Assembly (NCBI GenBank): GCA_963706595.1
Contig: OY970166.1
Span: 3,936,001 to 4,000,000 of the forward strand
DNA from: an uncultured cyanobacterium
Lineage (GTDB): Bacteria; Cyanobacteriota; Cyanobacteriia; Cyanobacteriales; Nostocaceae
Length of the DNA: 64,000 bases
Direction: 5' to 3'
Numbering within the stretch: the first letter of the stretch is position 1; each line of letters starts with the position of its first letter. The translations under genes and the position numbers were made by a program. Of this stretch, positions 34,795 through 49,517 are shown piece by piece. The notes beneath the pieces were generated by a model. It searched no databases. It worked only from the letters and a program-made list of their open reading frames with translations, and was not told the origin of the DNA.

Positions 34795-35280
34795 TTAGCT
34801 CAAGCCAGAGGAGATATAGTCTAAGTAAACGCCCATTTCTTTACCAGCATCGGGGCCGACTAAGCTAGCGGTTACTTCTTTGATAGCTTGGATAGCTTGT
34901 ACAGTAGCGCCTACGGGAACACCCAAGGAGTTGTAGGTTTCTTTCAAGCCATTCAATACGCGCTCGTCTAGGATCGAAGGATCGCCAGCTAGCATAGCGT
35001 AGGTTGAATAACGTAGGTAGTAGTCCAAATCGCGGATGCAAGCAGCATAGCGACGGGTGGTGTACATATTTCCACCGGGACGGGTGATGTCAGAGTATAA
35101 CAAGGACTTAGCTACTGCTTCTTTAACGATCGCAGCTGCGTTAGCACTAATAGCTGTAGCAGCGCGCACGCGTAGTTCACCAGTTACGAAGTAGCCTTTG
35201 AGCTTTTCTAGAGCCGCAGTATCCAAGTATTTACCTTGAACGTCTGAAGCATTAATGACAGAGGTAATTGCGTCTTGCAT
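34795..35280 (-). CDS. apcB: Allophycocyanin beta subunit
   Basis: [10 protein letters not shown]...[23 protein letters not shown]. Confidence 0.98.
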   Translation of the reverse strand: MQDAITSVINASDVQGKYLDTAALEKLKGYFVTGELRVRAATAISANAAAIVKEAVAKSLLYSDITRPGGNMYTTRRYAACIRDLDYYLRYSTYAMLAGDPSILDERVLNGLKETYNSLGVPVGATVQAIQAIKEVTASLVGPDAGKEMGVYLDYISSGLS

Positions 35281-35349
35281 GTTGTTCTTTCCTTATTTCC
35301 AACCTGATTGCAATAGTTGTGTTTCAGCAGCAGTAAAAACAGCTTCAGC

Positions 35350-35835
35350 TTACTGCATCGCACCGACTAGGTAATCGAAGTAAGCGCCAGCTTCACCAGA
35401 GTCTTCAGCAGACAACAAGGTAGCAGCAACATTCTTCATCGCGTTAACGCCACCAGCCACAGCGTCAATAGGAGTGCCGAGAGACTTGTACATTTCACGC
35501 ACACCCACAACACCGATTTCTTCGATGGGGGTAACATCACCGGAAACAATTCCGTAGGTGACAAGGCGGAGGTAGTAGTCTAAGTCGCGCAGACAAGTAG
35601 CGGTCATTTCTTGGCCGTAAGCGTTTCCACCAGGAGAAACAACATCAGGGCGTTTTTGGAACAACTGATCACCAGCTTGCTTAACAATGCGCTCGCGGTT
35701 TTCGGTCAAAATTTGAGCGATGCGGAGGCGACGTTCACCACCGGAAACAAAGCTTTTGATCCGATCCAGTTCGCCGGGGCTAAGGTAGCGGGCTTCTGCA
35801 TCAGCATTCACGATGGACTTCGTGACGATACTCAT
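35350..35835 (-). CDS. apcA: Allophycocyanin alpha subunit
   Basis: [23 protein letters not shown]...[14 protein letters not shown]. Confidence 0.98.
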   Translation of the reverse strand: MSIVTKSIVNADAEARYLSPGELDRIKSFVSGGERRLRIAQILTENRERIVKQAGDQLFQKRPDVVSPGGNAYGQEMTATCLRDLDYYLRLVTYGIVSGDVTPIEEIGVVGVREMYKSLGTPIDAVAGGVNAMKNVAATLLSAEDSGEAGAYFDYLVGAMQ

Positions 35836-36358
35836 TAATGGATTCCTCCAGTACTAATGAAACCAGAATTTGAAGAAACTGGTGAGACTTTAATTGGTGT
35901 AGAAGTAGCTTTCTGTTCTCGTCGCTTGAGAGAAAACAATTAAATAATTGCCATAGCTATCGCATGACGAGTTAGAGAGAAAACTCAACTACCTTCCGCA
36001 AAACATTTTCCGGCATTCTGTCGGGCATTTATGACTGTTCTTAATACTTTGTAATATTAATTTTCAGATTTAACAGCCATTTTTTGCCGGAAAGCTTTAT
36101 TACACAAGGCGATGAGGGAAAAGAGGCAGGGGAGCAGGGAGCAGGGAGCAGGGGGAAAACTTCAATTAAGCATTTCTTCCTCTTCTTTCTTCCCTTGGCG
36201 CTCTTGGCGTACTTGGCGGTTCGTTAAAAAAAAATGACTTTCATCTTTAACCGAACCGAATAAAGCTCCAATTTCCAAACCTCGGTAAGGGCGGGTTTAT
36301 TAAGATCCTCGTTCATTTTGAATGATATCTGTGAACCCGCCCCTACAAGCGTTAACTC

Positions 36359-39787
<3,429 letters not shown>

Positions 39788-40278
39788 TTAATTTATCTAT
39801 GTGTTAAATCTGGGTTGTTTTGAGGCTTGACACATTGGTGTGAGCATGGACTAAGAGTGCTACCTGCAAAACTGCCAGTAAGTTAACCCAGTTAGCTTTA
39901 GATTAAAACGTTTTGCGTTGACGCTGGTGATTTATTAAGAAGTATGTACAATCTGCAATCCAAATGGGTTATCTGGAATGAGTACATATTCTCTCTGGGC
40001 GAAAATTACCATTATTTTGTATCCTATCGTACAAAGTCACAATCATACTTTGTAACAAAATTAGTATTTTTTAATATAATTTAATATTTAGCTAAGTTTT
40101 GTTTAAGTAGGGTGGGTTAGACGGCTACAAAACTTTGGAAAACACTGAAAATGTATTTCCGTTGTAACCCACCTTTAAGGCTAATGACGCGAAATCCCCC
40201 GGAATTTAGTCGGGGAATGTGCTTAACATCCAGCATCAATTTCATGTAGGTAACAAAAGTGGAATTACATCGCAGCAT

Positions 40279-40722
40279 TTATTGCTTCATAGTTAAAGAA
40301 GTATCCTTAATTTTCAGCTTATTTACAATACTTTCCTCCAAAAGATGATACAGGAAATGAGGAGTTGTTAAATTAGCTGAATGTAATAGTTTTTGATAAG
40401 CTTCACAAGCTGTTTGATCATTTAAAATCCGGTTATGTATGATTCTTGTCCATTCGGGTGCAGTTATCATTAATTGGGGTAAAACTTTAATAAATGCTGC
40501 AATTTGTTTTTCTACATGGAAAGATTCCAGAAAATGAATTAAGCTAAACATCACTTCTGGCTGTTCACATTGATCATTTAAAATCAGATGATATGCAGAT
40601 AAATTATCGTCATCTGGATGATTAGCAATTTCAACTAAAGCATTTTCAAATTGTGTAACTTGCGCTGCTGTTTGCATTAAACAATTTTCTTTGAGAATTG
40701 CCAGTAAATCATCTTGATTCAA
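40279..40722 (-). CDS. Imm30-like immunity protein
   Basis: FENAL, D.CE.PEVMFSLIHFLESF and APEW...H.RILN pattern, recalled for the Imm30 family; TTG start. Confidence 0.65.
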   Translation of the reverse strand: MNQDDLLAILKENCLMQTAAQVTQFENALVEIANHPDDDNLSAYHLILNDQCEQPEVMFSLIHFLESFHVEKQIAAFIKVLPQLMITAPEWTRIIHNRILNDQTACEAYQKLLHSANLTTPHFLYHLLEESIVNKLKIKDTSLTMKQ

Positions 40723-40903
40723 ATAAGTCTCTATAAGTCCCTCCCTTTCCTTCTCCTGGAATCAGTTGAAGTTGATAATTAGTAATTTATTTACTTCTGA
40801 TTGGTGAAAAAACATAATTTCAGATATTTATCGCTACAAATTTAAAAGCCAAATTTAGCAAAAAAATAGATAATAGATGATAAAATGCTATAAATACTCA
40901 TTT

Positions 40904-42901
40904 TTAGTATGTGATTCGCCAAATCTTGATAGTGTTGTCCTCACTACCACTAGCAAGGGTTTTACCATCTAGGCTGAATGCTACAGAATGAACCAAGTTG
41001 GAATGCCCAGATAGGGTTTGAAGTAGTTTTCCTGTAGTCACTTCCCACAGTTTGATAGTGTTGTCAGAACTCCCACTAGCAATAGTTTTACCATCTGGAC
41101 TGTAGAATACAGAATTAACTGATTTGGAATGCCCAGATAGAGTTTGGAGTAGTTTTCCTGTAGTCACTTCCCACAGTTTGATAGTGTTGTCAGAACTCCC
41201 ACTAGCAATGGTTTTACCATCTGGACTGTAGAATACAGAATTAACTGATTGAGAATGCCCAGGTAGGGTTTGAAGTAGTTTTCCAGTAGTCACTTCCCAC
41301 AGTTTGATAGTGTTATCCCAACTTCCACTAACAAGGGTTTTACCATCTGGACTGAATGCTACACAATTAACACCCCCTCTATGATTTTTGAGAGTTGAAA
41401 TACTTATTACTTTAGTCATATCCCAAATCTTAATAATTGTGTCACGACTCCCAGTGGCAAGATTTTTGCCATTAGGACTGAACGCTACAGAATTAACAGG
41501 CTTAGAATGATAAGTTAGGGTTTCTAGTATTTCTCCTCTAAGCTTATTCCATATCTTATTAATATTTCTGATTATAGCCTTGTTCCCAGTGCCAATAGCA
41601 AGAGTTTTACCATCAAGACTGAATGCTACAGAGTTAACCGACTCAGGATGACGTTTTTGTTTGAAGGTGTCAAGTAAGTTTCCTTTAGCCACATCCCATA
41701 TCTTGACACTGTTATCCCAACTTCCACTAGCAAGGATTTGTCCGTCGGGGCTGAACGTTACAGAAGTAACGGACTTAGAATGATCATTTAGGGTGTGTAT
41801 TAGTTGTCCTATTATCTTATTGTTAAAAAATTGCGGTTGTGATGTAGATTCAACTACAGCAGCTGAATCTACTTTAACAACTCCAGGAAAAATCTCAACA
41901 CCAAGATTTGTAGAGCGATCGCACCAATAGCATTTACCATAAGTTTGGCTATAGTAGTGACCATCTATCCTTTCACATGGCATCAGACTATTACTAGCAA
42001 CTTTTAACGCCGCTAACCATTCCCTAGCCGTAGGGCGTAAATGAGGATTTTTATGCCCATCATTAAAGCATCTCAGAAAACATCGCTGAATCTCTGGATG
42101 TACAATTTCAATCGGAATTGTTCTCTCCACAGGTTGAAACGGGCTGTTTAGTGCATACAGCCATAAACCCTGACAGATAAGTTCATCGATTTCTGGAGTT
42201 TCCCCCGCACCTATCCACTTTCCCCCAAAAGGACTTTCACCACCAAATAATAATTGATAGATAATGACTGCTAACCGAAAACGGTCATGTATTTCCGTTT
42301 GGTCAATATTAGAAAAGTCCTTACCAATCAGTTCTGGTGGTGTATATCCCTCAGAACCTACCAAACAACGATAAACTTTACCATTTTGGGGATGACGAAC
42401 CTGAAAAGAATCTGTATCAATAATTGAAGGTAGAGCTTGATTATTAACCAAAATATTTTGCTGCTTGATGTCACCCAATACATAACCATAATAATGAAGT
42501 GCAGCAATAATTGAGGCGATATTCTGTGCTGTTGTGTGCAGAAAACGCCAATCAACCTGAAGTTTTAACCTCTTGCGACGCTGGGGATTATATATATCAA
42601 GAAGTTCTTTTGCGCCCTTAATTTCTGGCATCAAAAAGCCCACACAATCACCCTCAGCATTTTTCAGCGATGACTTAGGCCAAGCAAAAGAAATATGATT
42701 GAGGTGGGAATTTGGCTCTGTGGGTGGGTGCGCTGTCATCACAGCTAATTTCTGCACCCTTTCAAGTGTGGACGAGTGGTAAATTTTGGCTAAATAACCA
42801 TTGTCATTAGTTCGCCAAACCTTACCTTCACCACTATTAGCCAGAGGTTCACCCACAAGAGTGATTGATTTACCCGTACTACCACAAATGAGACGCGTCA
42901 T
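40904..42901 (-). CDS. YegI/TerY-P-type Ser/Thr kinase with Cys/His cluster and C-terminal WD40 propeller
   Basis: SGEGKV, LAKIY, LGDIKQQNILV, IDTDSF, YTPPEL, HDRF, RPTA..W; C..GHYY....C.WC cluster; seven WD40 repeats (H...V.SV.FSPDG..LASGS.DNTIK.W). Confidence 0.9.
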   Translation of the reverse strand: MTRLICGSTGKSITLVGEPLANSGEGKVWRTNDNGYLAKIYHSSTLERVQKLAVMTAHPPTEPNSHLNHISFAWPKSSLKNAEGDCVGFLMPEIKGAKELLDIYNPQRRKRLKLQVDWRFLHTTAQNIASIIAALHYYGYVLGDIKQQNILVNNQALPSIIDTDSFQVRHPQNGKVYRCLVGSEGYTPPELIGKDFSNIDQTEIHDRFRLAVIIYQLLFGGESPFGGKWIGAGETPEIDELICQGLWLYALNSPFQPVERTIPIEIVHPEIQRCFLRCFNDGHKNPHLRPTAREWLAALKVASNSLMPCERIDGHYYSQTYGKCYWCDRSTNLGVEIFPGVVKVDSAAVVESTSQPQFFNNKIIGQLIHTLNDHSKSVTSVTFSPDGQILASGSWDNSVKIWDVAKGNLLDTFKQKRHPESVNSVAFSLDGKTLAIGTGNKAIIRNINKIWNKLRGEILETLTYHSKPVNSVAFSPNGKNLATGSRDTIIKIWDMTKVISISTLKNHRGGVNCVAFSPDGKTLVSGSWDNTIKLWEVTTGKLLQTLPGHSQSVNSVFYSPDGKTIASGSSDNTIKLWEVTTGKLLQTLSGHSKSVNSVFYSPDGKTIASGSSDNTIKLWEVTTGKLLQTLSGHSNLVHSVAFSLDGKTLASGSEDNTIKIWRITY
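40925..41370 (-). repeat. 126-bp near-identical tandem repeats encoding WD40 blades
   Basis: Units start at 40925, 41051, 41177 and 41303. The two middle units differ at about 7 of 126 nt. Confidence 0.85.
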
Positions 42902-42907
42902 GGAATA

Positions 42908-43684
42908 TTAATTTTTTTCCCAAAGACACAATAGCAAAGTTTTATCATCATCAGTGCGAGCATTTAGCCGTTCCGATTTGAGGAAATTAACGAGATATTC
43001 CGCTTCATCCTCTGGATTAGCTGTTTCTTCTAAGTATTCTTCAAAAGGCTTAAAGAATGGTGAAAAAGGTTTCCAATCACTCATGCGAATTGCTAATTTC
43101 TCCAGTCCATCAGTAGAAGCACAAATAAACTTTTGTGGCTCTGAAATCACCTTTATCTGCATTTCCGCTAGTGCATCTCTGGAAGTAATAAAAGTGGTTT
43201 CATTAGCAAACTCACCCTTATCTGGTTGAAACAACAATTGATAATCTTCTGAGTCTTGGGGACGCACCACTATAAATCCATCCCCAATTTGCATAGCACC
43301 CAACCAATGGGGAGTAGCTATAAAAACCAAGAGTGTACAAGCTAAATCATTGATATCATAATCTTTTTCATCTGCTAATTGGCGTAACTGTGCAATTACT
43401 TTTTTGACAATTTCAGCAAAAACATTCTCAGTTTGTTTTTGGGAAAGTGGCTGAGAAAAGCCTTGTTGATCAGAAATTTGATTAATGCTTTCAAAGCAAT
43501 TGAGTACAGTTTCGACCGCTAATTTAGAACCCACATCAGAATATTTAGCACTACCAGCACCATCAGCAATCACTCCCACAATCACATCCTGAAAGATGCG
43601 ATATTTTCCATAGTCTTGACAAGGTAATTCTTGGCTTTGATGACTCGTTCCCACGTCATAACGAGCAATTGCTTTCCAACCCAC
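42908..43684 (-). CDS. PP2C-family phosphatase (YegK/PphC-like)
   Basis: G.SH......CQD, ADGAGSA, QIGDG, GEFANETTF, STDGL and RTDDDKT motifs. Confidence 0.9.
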   Translation of the reverse strand: MGWKAIARYDVGTSHQSQELPCQDYGKYRIFQDVIVGVIADGAGSAKYSDVGSKLAVETVLNCFESINQISDQQGFSQPLSQKQTENVFAEIVKKVIAQLRQLADEKDYDINDLACTLLVFIATPHWLGAMQIGDGFIVVRPQDSEDYQLLFQPDKGEFANETTFITSRDALAEMQIKVISEPQKFICASTDGLEKLAIRMSDWKPFSPFFKPFEEYLEETANPEDEAEYLVNFLKSERLNARTDDDKTLLLCLWEKN

Positions 43685-43701
43685 GATAAACCCTCAAAAA
43701 T

Positions 43702-44364
43702 CTAAGTGGTAATTTGTCCCCATCCCACAGCAGGTAATGCTACAGCTTCCCCAACTTTGCCACTAGAAACCCGTTTCATGGAAGTGGAAAGCCAAACAAA
43801 CAGTGAGCGAAAGTCTAAACCATTCAGCATGACTGGGGGATGCTTTGTGCTAAGTTGTCGTAAAACGTTAAAATCAGCACCTTGTACGCCTACGGAAAAA
43901 AAACACAATCTCTTCTTACTTTCAGCTTTTTTAAGTAGTTGCGCCGCATTGTTCAATTTAGCCTTATCCGTAGGCACTCCATCGGTAATTAGAAATACCC
44001 AAGGACGGTAATATAAAATGCCATTATCTTTGTATGTTTTCTTCCGGTTTTCCAATAAATTCAAACCAGACTCGATAGCTTCACCCATTGGTGTTAAACC
44101 ATCTGCTTTTAACTGTGGTGGCGTAAAGTGTTCAATATTGACAAAATCTTGTGTTAGCTGCACAGAACTACCGAAAGTGACAATAGCCACTTCTACGCTC
44201 AGTGCTGCTTGGGAATCTTTTACTACATCTTCTTTGAAAGCAGCCAGTCCGCGATTCAACTCTTGAATGGGTTCTCCTGACATAGAGCCAGATACATCTA
44301 GCAATAAAATTACTGGGCAACGAGTTTCCGGATTTTCAACGAATTCAGGCAGTCCTACTGGCAT
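43702..44364 (-). CDS. vWA domain protein (TerY/YegL-like)
   Basis: RCPVILLLDVSGSM (MIDAS DxSxS), GLTPMGEA, YYRPWVFLITDG, F..LF.WLS.SM. Confidence 0.9.
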   Translation of the reverse strand: MPVGLPEFVENPETRCPVILLLDVSGSMSGEPIQELNRGLAAFKEDVVKDSQAALSVEVAIVTFGSSVQLTQDFVNIEHFTPPQLKADGLTPMGEAIESGLNLLENRKKTYKDNGILYYRPWVFLITDGVPTDKAKLNNAAQLLKKAESKKRLCFFSVGVQGADFNVLRQLSTKHPPVMLNGLDFRSLFVWLSTSMKRVSSGKVGEAVALPAVGWGQITT

Positions 44365-44736
44365 TTGGATACTCCTGGTTAAGCACAATTAGATGCTAAA
44401 TATTTAATGAATATTTTTCCTTGTTGTGTATAATTTAACATAAACATTCGTATAAATCTATGGAATTAGCGCTCTTTTATGAGTCTCGTTGTGCAGAAAT
44501 TATCAACCCTCATGAAATGGAAAGGACTAAAGTCCTTACTACGAACTTTTATTCAATCAAGGTATATCATAGCCCCCTCCTCGCTTGCGGGGAGGGGGTT
44601 GGGGGTGGGGTTCTTGTATCTAACTCAACCGAGAAACGCTATAAAGGCAATTATTAATAAAGCTTCAGAGATTTATTAGTTGTGAAAACAGAAAGTTAAA
44701 ATTATTCAAGAACAGAAATATGGGGAGTTGAGCAAA

Positions 44737-45486
44737 ATGTATCAAGTAGACCCGCCCTTACCTCCTACAGAAACACTGCCAACCATGTATGACTTGCCCA
44801 GCGAAAATCAGGAGGAACCAGGTTTGCCAGATGAATTTCACCTTCTCCAACCTGAGTTACTCCGCATGACTTTTCGTCCGCCTAGTTATGCTGAGGATAA
44901 TATTTTTACAGCTAGTGATTTAAACTTATACTATGATCCTCATCATCCCCAATGGTATAAACGCCCCGATTGGTTTGCCGTTTTGGGAGCATCGCGTTTT
45001 TATAATCAAACAGAATTGCGATTAAGTTATGTTACTTGGCAAGAGGGAATTAATCCTTTTGTAGCAGTTGAACTAATATCACCAGGGACAGAAGCGGAAG
45101 ATTTAGGGCGAAGTTTACGGGAGGTGAATCAACCGCCTAATAAATGGTCTGTGTATGAGCGAATTTTAAGAGTTCCCTATTATTTTGTCTTCAACCGTTA
45201 CACTAATGAGTTTCACTGTTTTGGTTTAATGATGAACCGCTATCAACCTCTTTCTGTAAATGGATTAGGGGTGTGGTTAGAGCCAGCAGAGTTAGGTTTA
45301 GGATTATGGGATGGAGAATATCAAGGATTAAAAAGACTGTGGCTGCGTTGGTATGATCAAGACAATAATTGGTTACTCACACCCGTAGAACAGGAAAAAC
45401 AACGGGCTGATTCTGCCGAGTTAGAAAATGCTAAGTTGCGGCAATTGTTACTTGAACAAGGAATCAGTTTACCAAATGGTGAATAA
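44737..45486 (+). CDS. Uma2 (DUF820) family putative endonuclease
   Basis: LPTMYDLPSE..EEPGLPDEFH, PDWF.V.G, VELISPGT..ED, K..YE..L.VPYY. Confidence 0.88.
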   Translation: MYQVDPPLPPTETLPTMYDLPSENQEEPGLPDEFHLLQPELLRMTFRPPSYAEDNIFTASDLNLYYDPHHPQWYKRPDWFAVLGASRFYNQTELRLSYVTWQEGINPFVAVELISPGTEAEDLGRSLREVNQPPNKWSVYERILRVPYYFVFNRYTNEFHCFGLMMNRYQPLSVNGLGVWLEPAELGLGLWDGEYQGLKRLWLRWYDQDNNWLLTPVEQEKQRADSAELENAKLRQLLLEQGISLPNGE

Positions 45487-45531
45487 TTCTCCCAATCCGC
45501 TAAACTCAGAAATGCTGCGTTCTTCCTCATC

Positions 45532-46713
45532 ATGTCAGACTCCCAAACTGTTAGTGCTGCTGTTGCGAAACTCTACGACACTTATCCCTTCCCCCCAGAA
45601 CCTCTACTAGATGAAGCCCCTCCTGGGTACAATTGGCGCTGGAATTGGTTAGCCGCTTACAATTTCTGCACTGGACGCAAACCACCAAAGCAAGATATCC
45701 GCATTTTAGATGCTGGTTGTGGTTCCGGTGTGAGTACTGAATATTTGGTACATCTCAACCCCCAAGCCCAGGTGGTAGGTATTGATTTAAGTGCGGGAAC
45801 TTTGGAGGTAGCCAAAGAACGCTGTAAACGTTCTGGTGCTGATAGGGTGGAGTTTCATCACCTGAGTTTGTACGATGTGGAACAGCTACCAGGGGAGTTT
45901 GATTTAATTAACTGCGTGGGTGTGTTGCATCACTTACCTGACCCTATTCGTGGTATTCAAGCTTTAGCCAAGAAGTTAGCCCCTGGTGGACTAATGCACA
46001 TTTTTGTCTATGGCGAATTGGGACGCTGGGAAATTCAACTTATGCAAAAGGCGATCGCACTTCTCCAAGGTGACAAAAAAGGCGATTATCGTGATGGGGT
46101 ACAAGTCGGACGCAAATTATTCTCTTCTTTACCAGAAAAGAACAGAATTGTCAAGCGAGATCAGGAACTTTGGTCTTTAGAAAACCATAAGGATGAATGC
46201 TTTGCTGATATGTACGTTCATCCCCAGGAAATTGATTACAACATTGAGACGCTGTTTGAATTAATTGATGCTTCTGGCTTGGAGTTTATTAATTTTTCTA
46301 ATCCTGATTTTTGGCAGTTAGGAAGACTTTTGGCGAAAGCACCGGAGTTAATTGAACGGGCGCATGAATTGAGCGATCGCCAGCGTTACCGGCTGATAGA
46401 ATTACTAAACCCCGAAGTCACCCATTATGAGTTTTTCCTCGGTCGTCTTCCCCTAATTAAATCCAACTGGTCAGAGGATAAAGACCTATTGCCAGCCATT
46501 CCCGAACTGAATCCTTGTACTGATGGTTTTCCCAACCAATGTCTATTTAATTACAATTATCAAATTGTCAACTTATCAGAATTAGAGTTGCAATTTTTAC
46601 AAAAATGTGATGGAAATTTAACCGTAGCAGAAATTTTGGCAACCGTGCAAATCGACTTGAATCAAATCAGGTCACTCCTCGAACAGCAGATAATTTTATT
46701 GTCACCGAGTTAA
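45532..46713 (+). CDS. Class I SAM-dependent methyltransferase
   Basis: ILDAGCGSG, GIDLS, FDLINCVGVLHHL motifs. Confidence 0.88.
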   Translation: MSDSQTVSAAVAKLYDTYPFPPEPLLDEAPPGYNWRWNWLAAYNFCTGRKPPKQDIRILDAGCGSGVSTEYLVHLNPQAQVVGIDLSAGTLEVAKERCKRSGADRVEFHHLSLYDVEQLPGEFDLINCVGVLHHLPDPIRGIQALAKKLAPGGLMHIFVYGELGRWEIQLMQKAIALLQGDKKGDYRDGVQVGRKLFSSLPEKNRIVKRDQELWSLENHKDECFADMYVHPQEIDYNIETLFELIDASGLEFINFSNPDFWQLGRLLAKAPELIERAHELSDRQRYRLIELLNPEVTHYEFFLGRLPLIKSNWSEDKDLLPAIPELNPCTDGFPNQCLFNYNYQIVNLSELELQFLQKCDGNLTVAEILATVQIDLNQIRSLLEQQIILLSPS

Positions 46714-47112
46714 TTGCAGTACCAAGACCAGAAAGCTGATTCTACAATTACCCAATCAGCTGAACATCCGATAATTTGCATACCATCATTTAATATAACC
46801 CTTGTGGGGTAGGCATCCGTCCCGCCCTGGATGTGCAAATTCAAAGCCGAATAGCCTAAAACAGGCAATAACGATAAAAAGGCGAAATTTGAAGAAAGTT
46901 GGAATTTGATTAGCCTGAATTTCGGCTTTTTATCCCCGTTCTGCCTCACTCCCTCGCCTACGATTTTCCGTTACAGGGCGGGCTTCTACCCTGAGTCTGA
47001 TCATGGCAAGAAGTTAATTGTTTTTTTCTAAAGTATTGTTACCTGATCGTGATATGATTCAGCTGACTGAATGTGCAGTCATTATAAGTTAGCTGTACTG
47101 GTTTCAAGTCTC

Positions 47113-47553
47113 GTGAGCTTGTCAGAAGATTCAATCGACCCCACTCCGACAACACAACAAGAAACTCAATCTGGTTTTGAAGACACAGAACCAGATAACG
47201 CCTCCATGCAGGAGTTCTATCAACTCTACCAGGAGTTGTTGATAATTACACTTGCCTTAACAGTGACTGTTTTTATCTCTGTGTGGATTGCTTACTCGCT
47301 GAACATTGCCCTAAATTATCTATTAGGGGCGTGTGCAGGTGTGCTTTACTTGAGGCTGTTGGCAAAAGATGTTGAGCGTTTAGGTAGAGAAAAACAGGCG
47401 CTGAGTAAAACCCGGTTAGCCTTATTAGTAGCTCTGATTTTCCTAGCATCGCGGTGGAATCAACTACAAATATTACCCATATTTTTGGGATTTCTCACAT
47501 ACAAAGCCACACTCATCTTCTACGTAATTAGGATGGCTTTTGTCTCTGACTAG
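47113..47553 (+). CDS. atpI: ATP synthase protein I (cyanobacterial atp1)
   Basis: First gene of the atp operon; four TM segments; YL.G...G..YLRLLAK.VE and GFLTYKA motifs; probable GTG start. Confidence 0.88.
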   Translation: MSLSEDSIDPTPTTQQETQSGFEDTEPDNASMQEFYQLYQELLIITLALTVTVFISVWIAYSLNIALNYLLGACAGVLYLRLLAKDVERLGREKQALSKTRLALLVALIFLASRWNQLQILPIFLGFLTYKATLIFYVIRMAFVSD

Positions 47554-47670
47554 CCAAAGCGCGGACAACCTGAAAAAGCTAAACTAAGCCTTGCGTGAGG
47601 AATATCCACACTGCAACGAAAGCTCCTCTTCTCCAGGTAATATTGGAGAAACGATTGATATGGAAAGAAA

Positions 47671-48417
47671 ATGCTGAATTTTCTGAACTTCTACTCTCTT
47701 CCACTTGCCGAATTGGAAGTGGGTAAACATCTGTACTGGCAAATAGGCAACTTGAAGCTACACGGTCAGGTGTTTCTCACATCCTGGTTTGTTATTGGTG
47801 TGCTAGTGCTAGTTTCCTTAGCCGCAAGCAGTAACATCAAAAGAATTCCCAGTGGGTTGCAGAACCTCATGGAATACGCCCTGGAATTCATTCGGGATTT
47901 GGCTAAAAACCAAATTGGCGAAAAAGAATATCGCCCTTGGGTGCCTTTTGTTGGCACTTTGTTTTTGTTCATTTTTGTGTCAAATTGGTCAGGGGCGCTG
48001 GTTCCTTTCAAGCTGATACATTTACCAGAAGGTGAACTAACAGCACCTACAAGCGACATCAATACAACAGTTGCCTTAGCGTTGCTGACATCGCTGGCGT
48101 ATTTTTACGCTGGATTCAGCAAAAAGGGTTTAGGGTATTTTGGCAACTACGTCCAACCAGTGTCGTTTATGTTGCCCTTCAAGATTATTGAAGACTTCAC
48201 CAAGCCTCTTTCCCTCAGCTTCCGTTTATTCGGCAACATTTTGGCTGACGAACTTGTAGTAGGTGTACTTGTATTGCTAGTACCCTTGTTTGTACCTCTG
48301 CCAGTCATGGCTTTGGGACTATTTACCAGCGCCATCCAAGCACTAATTTTTGCGACTTTAGCCGCCGCTTACATCGGTGAAGCGATGGAAGATCATGGCG
48401 AAGAGCATCATGAATGA
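47671..48417 (+). CDS. atpB: F0 ATP synthase subunit a (cyanobacterial atpI)
   Basis: [34 protein letters not shown]. Confidence 0.97.
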   Translation: MLNFLNFYSLPLAELEVGKHLYWQIGNLKLHGQVFLTSWFVIGVLVLVSLAASSNIKRIPSGLQNLMEYALEFIRDLAKNQIGEKEYRPWVPFVGTLFLFIFVSNWSGALVPFKLIHLPEGELTAPTSDINTTVALALLTSLAYFYAGFSKKGLGYFGNYVQPVSFMLPFKIIEDFTKPLSLSFRLFGNILADELVVGVLVLLVPLFVPLPVMALGLFTSAIQALIFATLAAAYIGEAMEDHGEEHHE

Positions 48418-48529
48418 GGGGCATTCAATACCCTCAAAAGTCATGAGTCATTGGTTATTTAACAATGATCAAGGGCAAATGGCAACTGACACACAACAAC
48501 GTCTAAATCAACTCAACTCAGTAAATTAA

Positions 48530-48787
<258 letters not shown>

Positions 48788-48911
48788 TCGGTACTGAGTA
48801 CTGAGTACAAAAAGTTAGGAGTTAGGAGTTAAGAGTTAGAAAATTAACTCATAACTCATAACTCACCGACTCAGGACTCAGGACTAATATATTAGATAGA
48901 AATTAGCAACC

Positions 48912-49403
48912 ATGACACACTGGATCACCTTATTAGCAGTAGAAGAGGTTGCCAAGGAAGGGGGGCTGTTCGATCTAGATGCTACCCTGCCCTTAATGGC
49001 AATTCAGTTTCTAGTTTTAGCTTTAGTGTTGAACGCAACACTATACAAGCCACTGGGCAATGCGATTGATGGCCGGAATGATTACATCCGTAGTAATCAA
49101 TTAGAAGCACAGGAACGCTTGTCAAAAACCGAAAAATTGGCAGAGGAATATGAGCAATCTCTAGCAGGTGCTAGACGACAAGCTCAAACAATCATTGCTG
49201 ATGCTCAAGCCGAAGCTCAAAAAATTGCGGCTGAGAAAATAGCAGCAGTGCAGAAACAAGCCCAGGTAGAAAAAGAAAAGGCTGCTAGTGAAATTGAGCA
49301 GCAGAAACAAGCCGCTTTTGCTTCATTGGAGCAACAAGTAGATTCACTCAGTCGCCAAATACTAGAAAAGCTTTTAGGAGCAGATATAGTAAGTCGGCGC
49401 TAA
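48912..49403 (+). CDS. atpF2: F0 ATP synthase subunit b' (cyanobacterial atpG)
   Basis: [18 protein letters not shown]-terminus followed by a coiled coil; operon position. Confidence 0.95.
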   Translation: MTHWITLLAVEEVAKEGGLFDLDATLPLMAIQFLVLALVLNATLYKPLGNAIDGRNDYIRSNQLEAQERLSKTEKLAEEYEQSLAGARRQAQTIIADAQAEAQKIAAEKIAAVQKQAQVEKEKAASEIEQQKQAAFASLEQQVDSLSRQILEKLLGADIVSRR

Positions 49404-49517
49404 TGAAAATTTAGCTTGGAATCATTAAGCGACATTGTAAAGACGCACTCGCCAAGTAACATTTGTTGGCGGCGTGGGTCACGTTAAGCCTTGGCAGCGA
49501 GTTGTGGACGAAAAATC

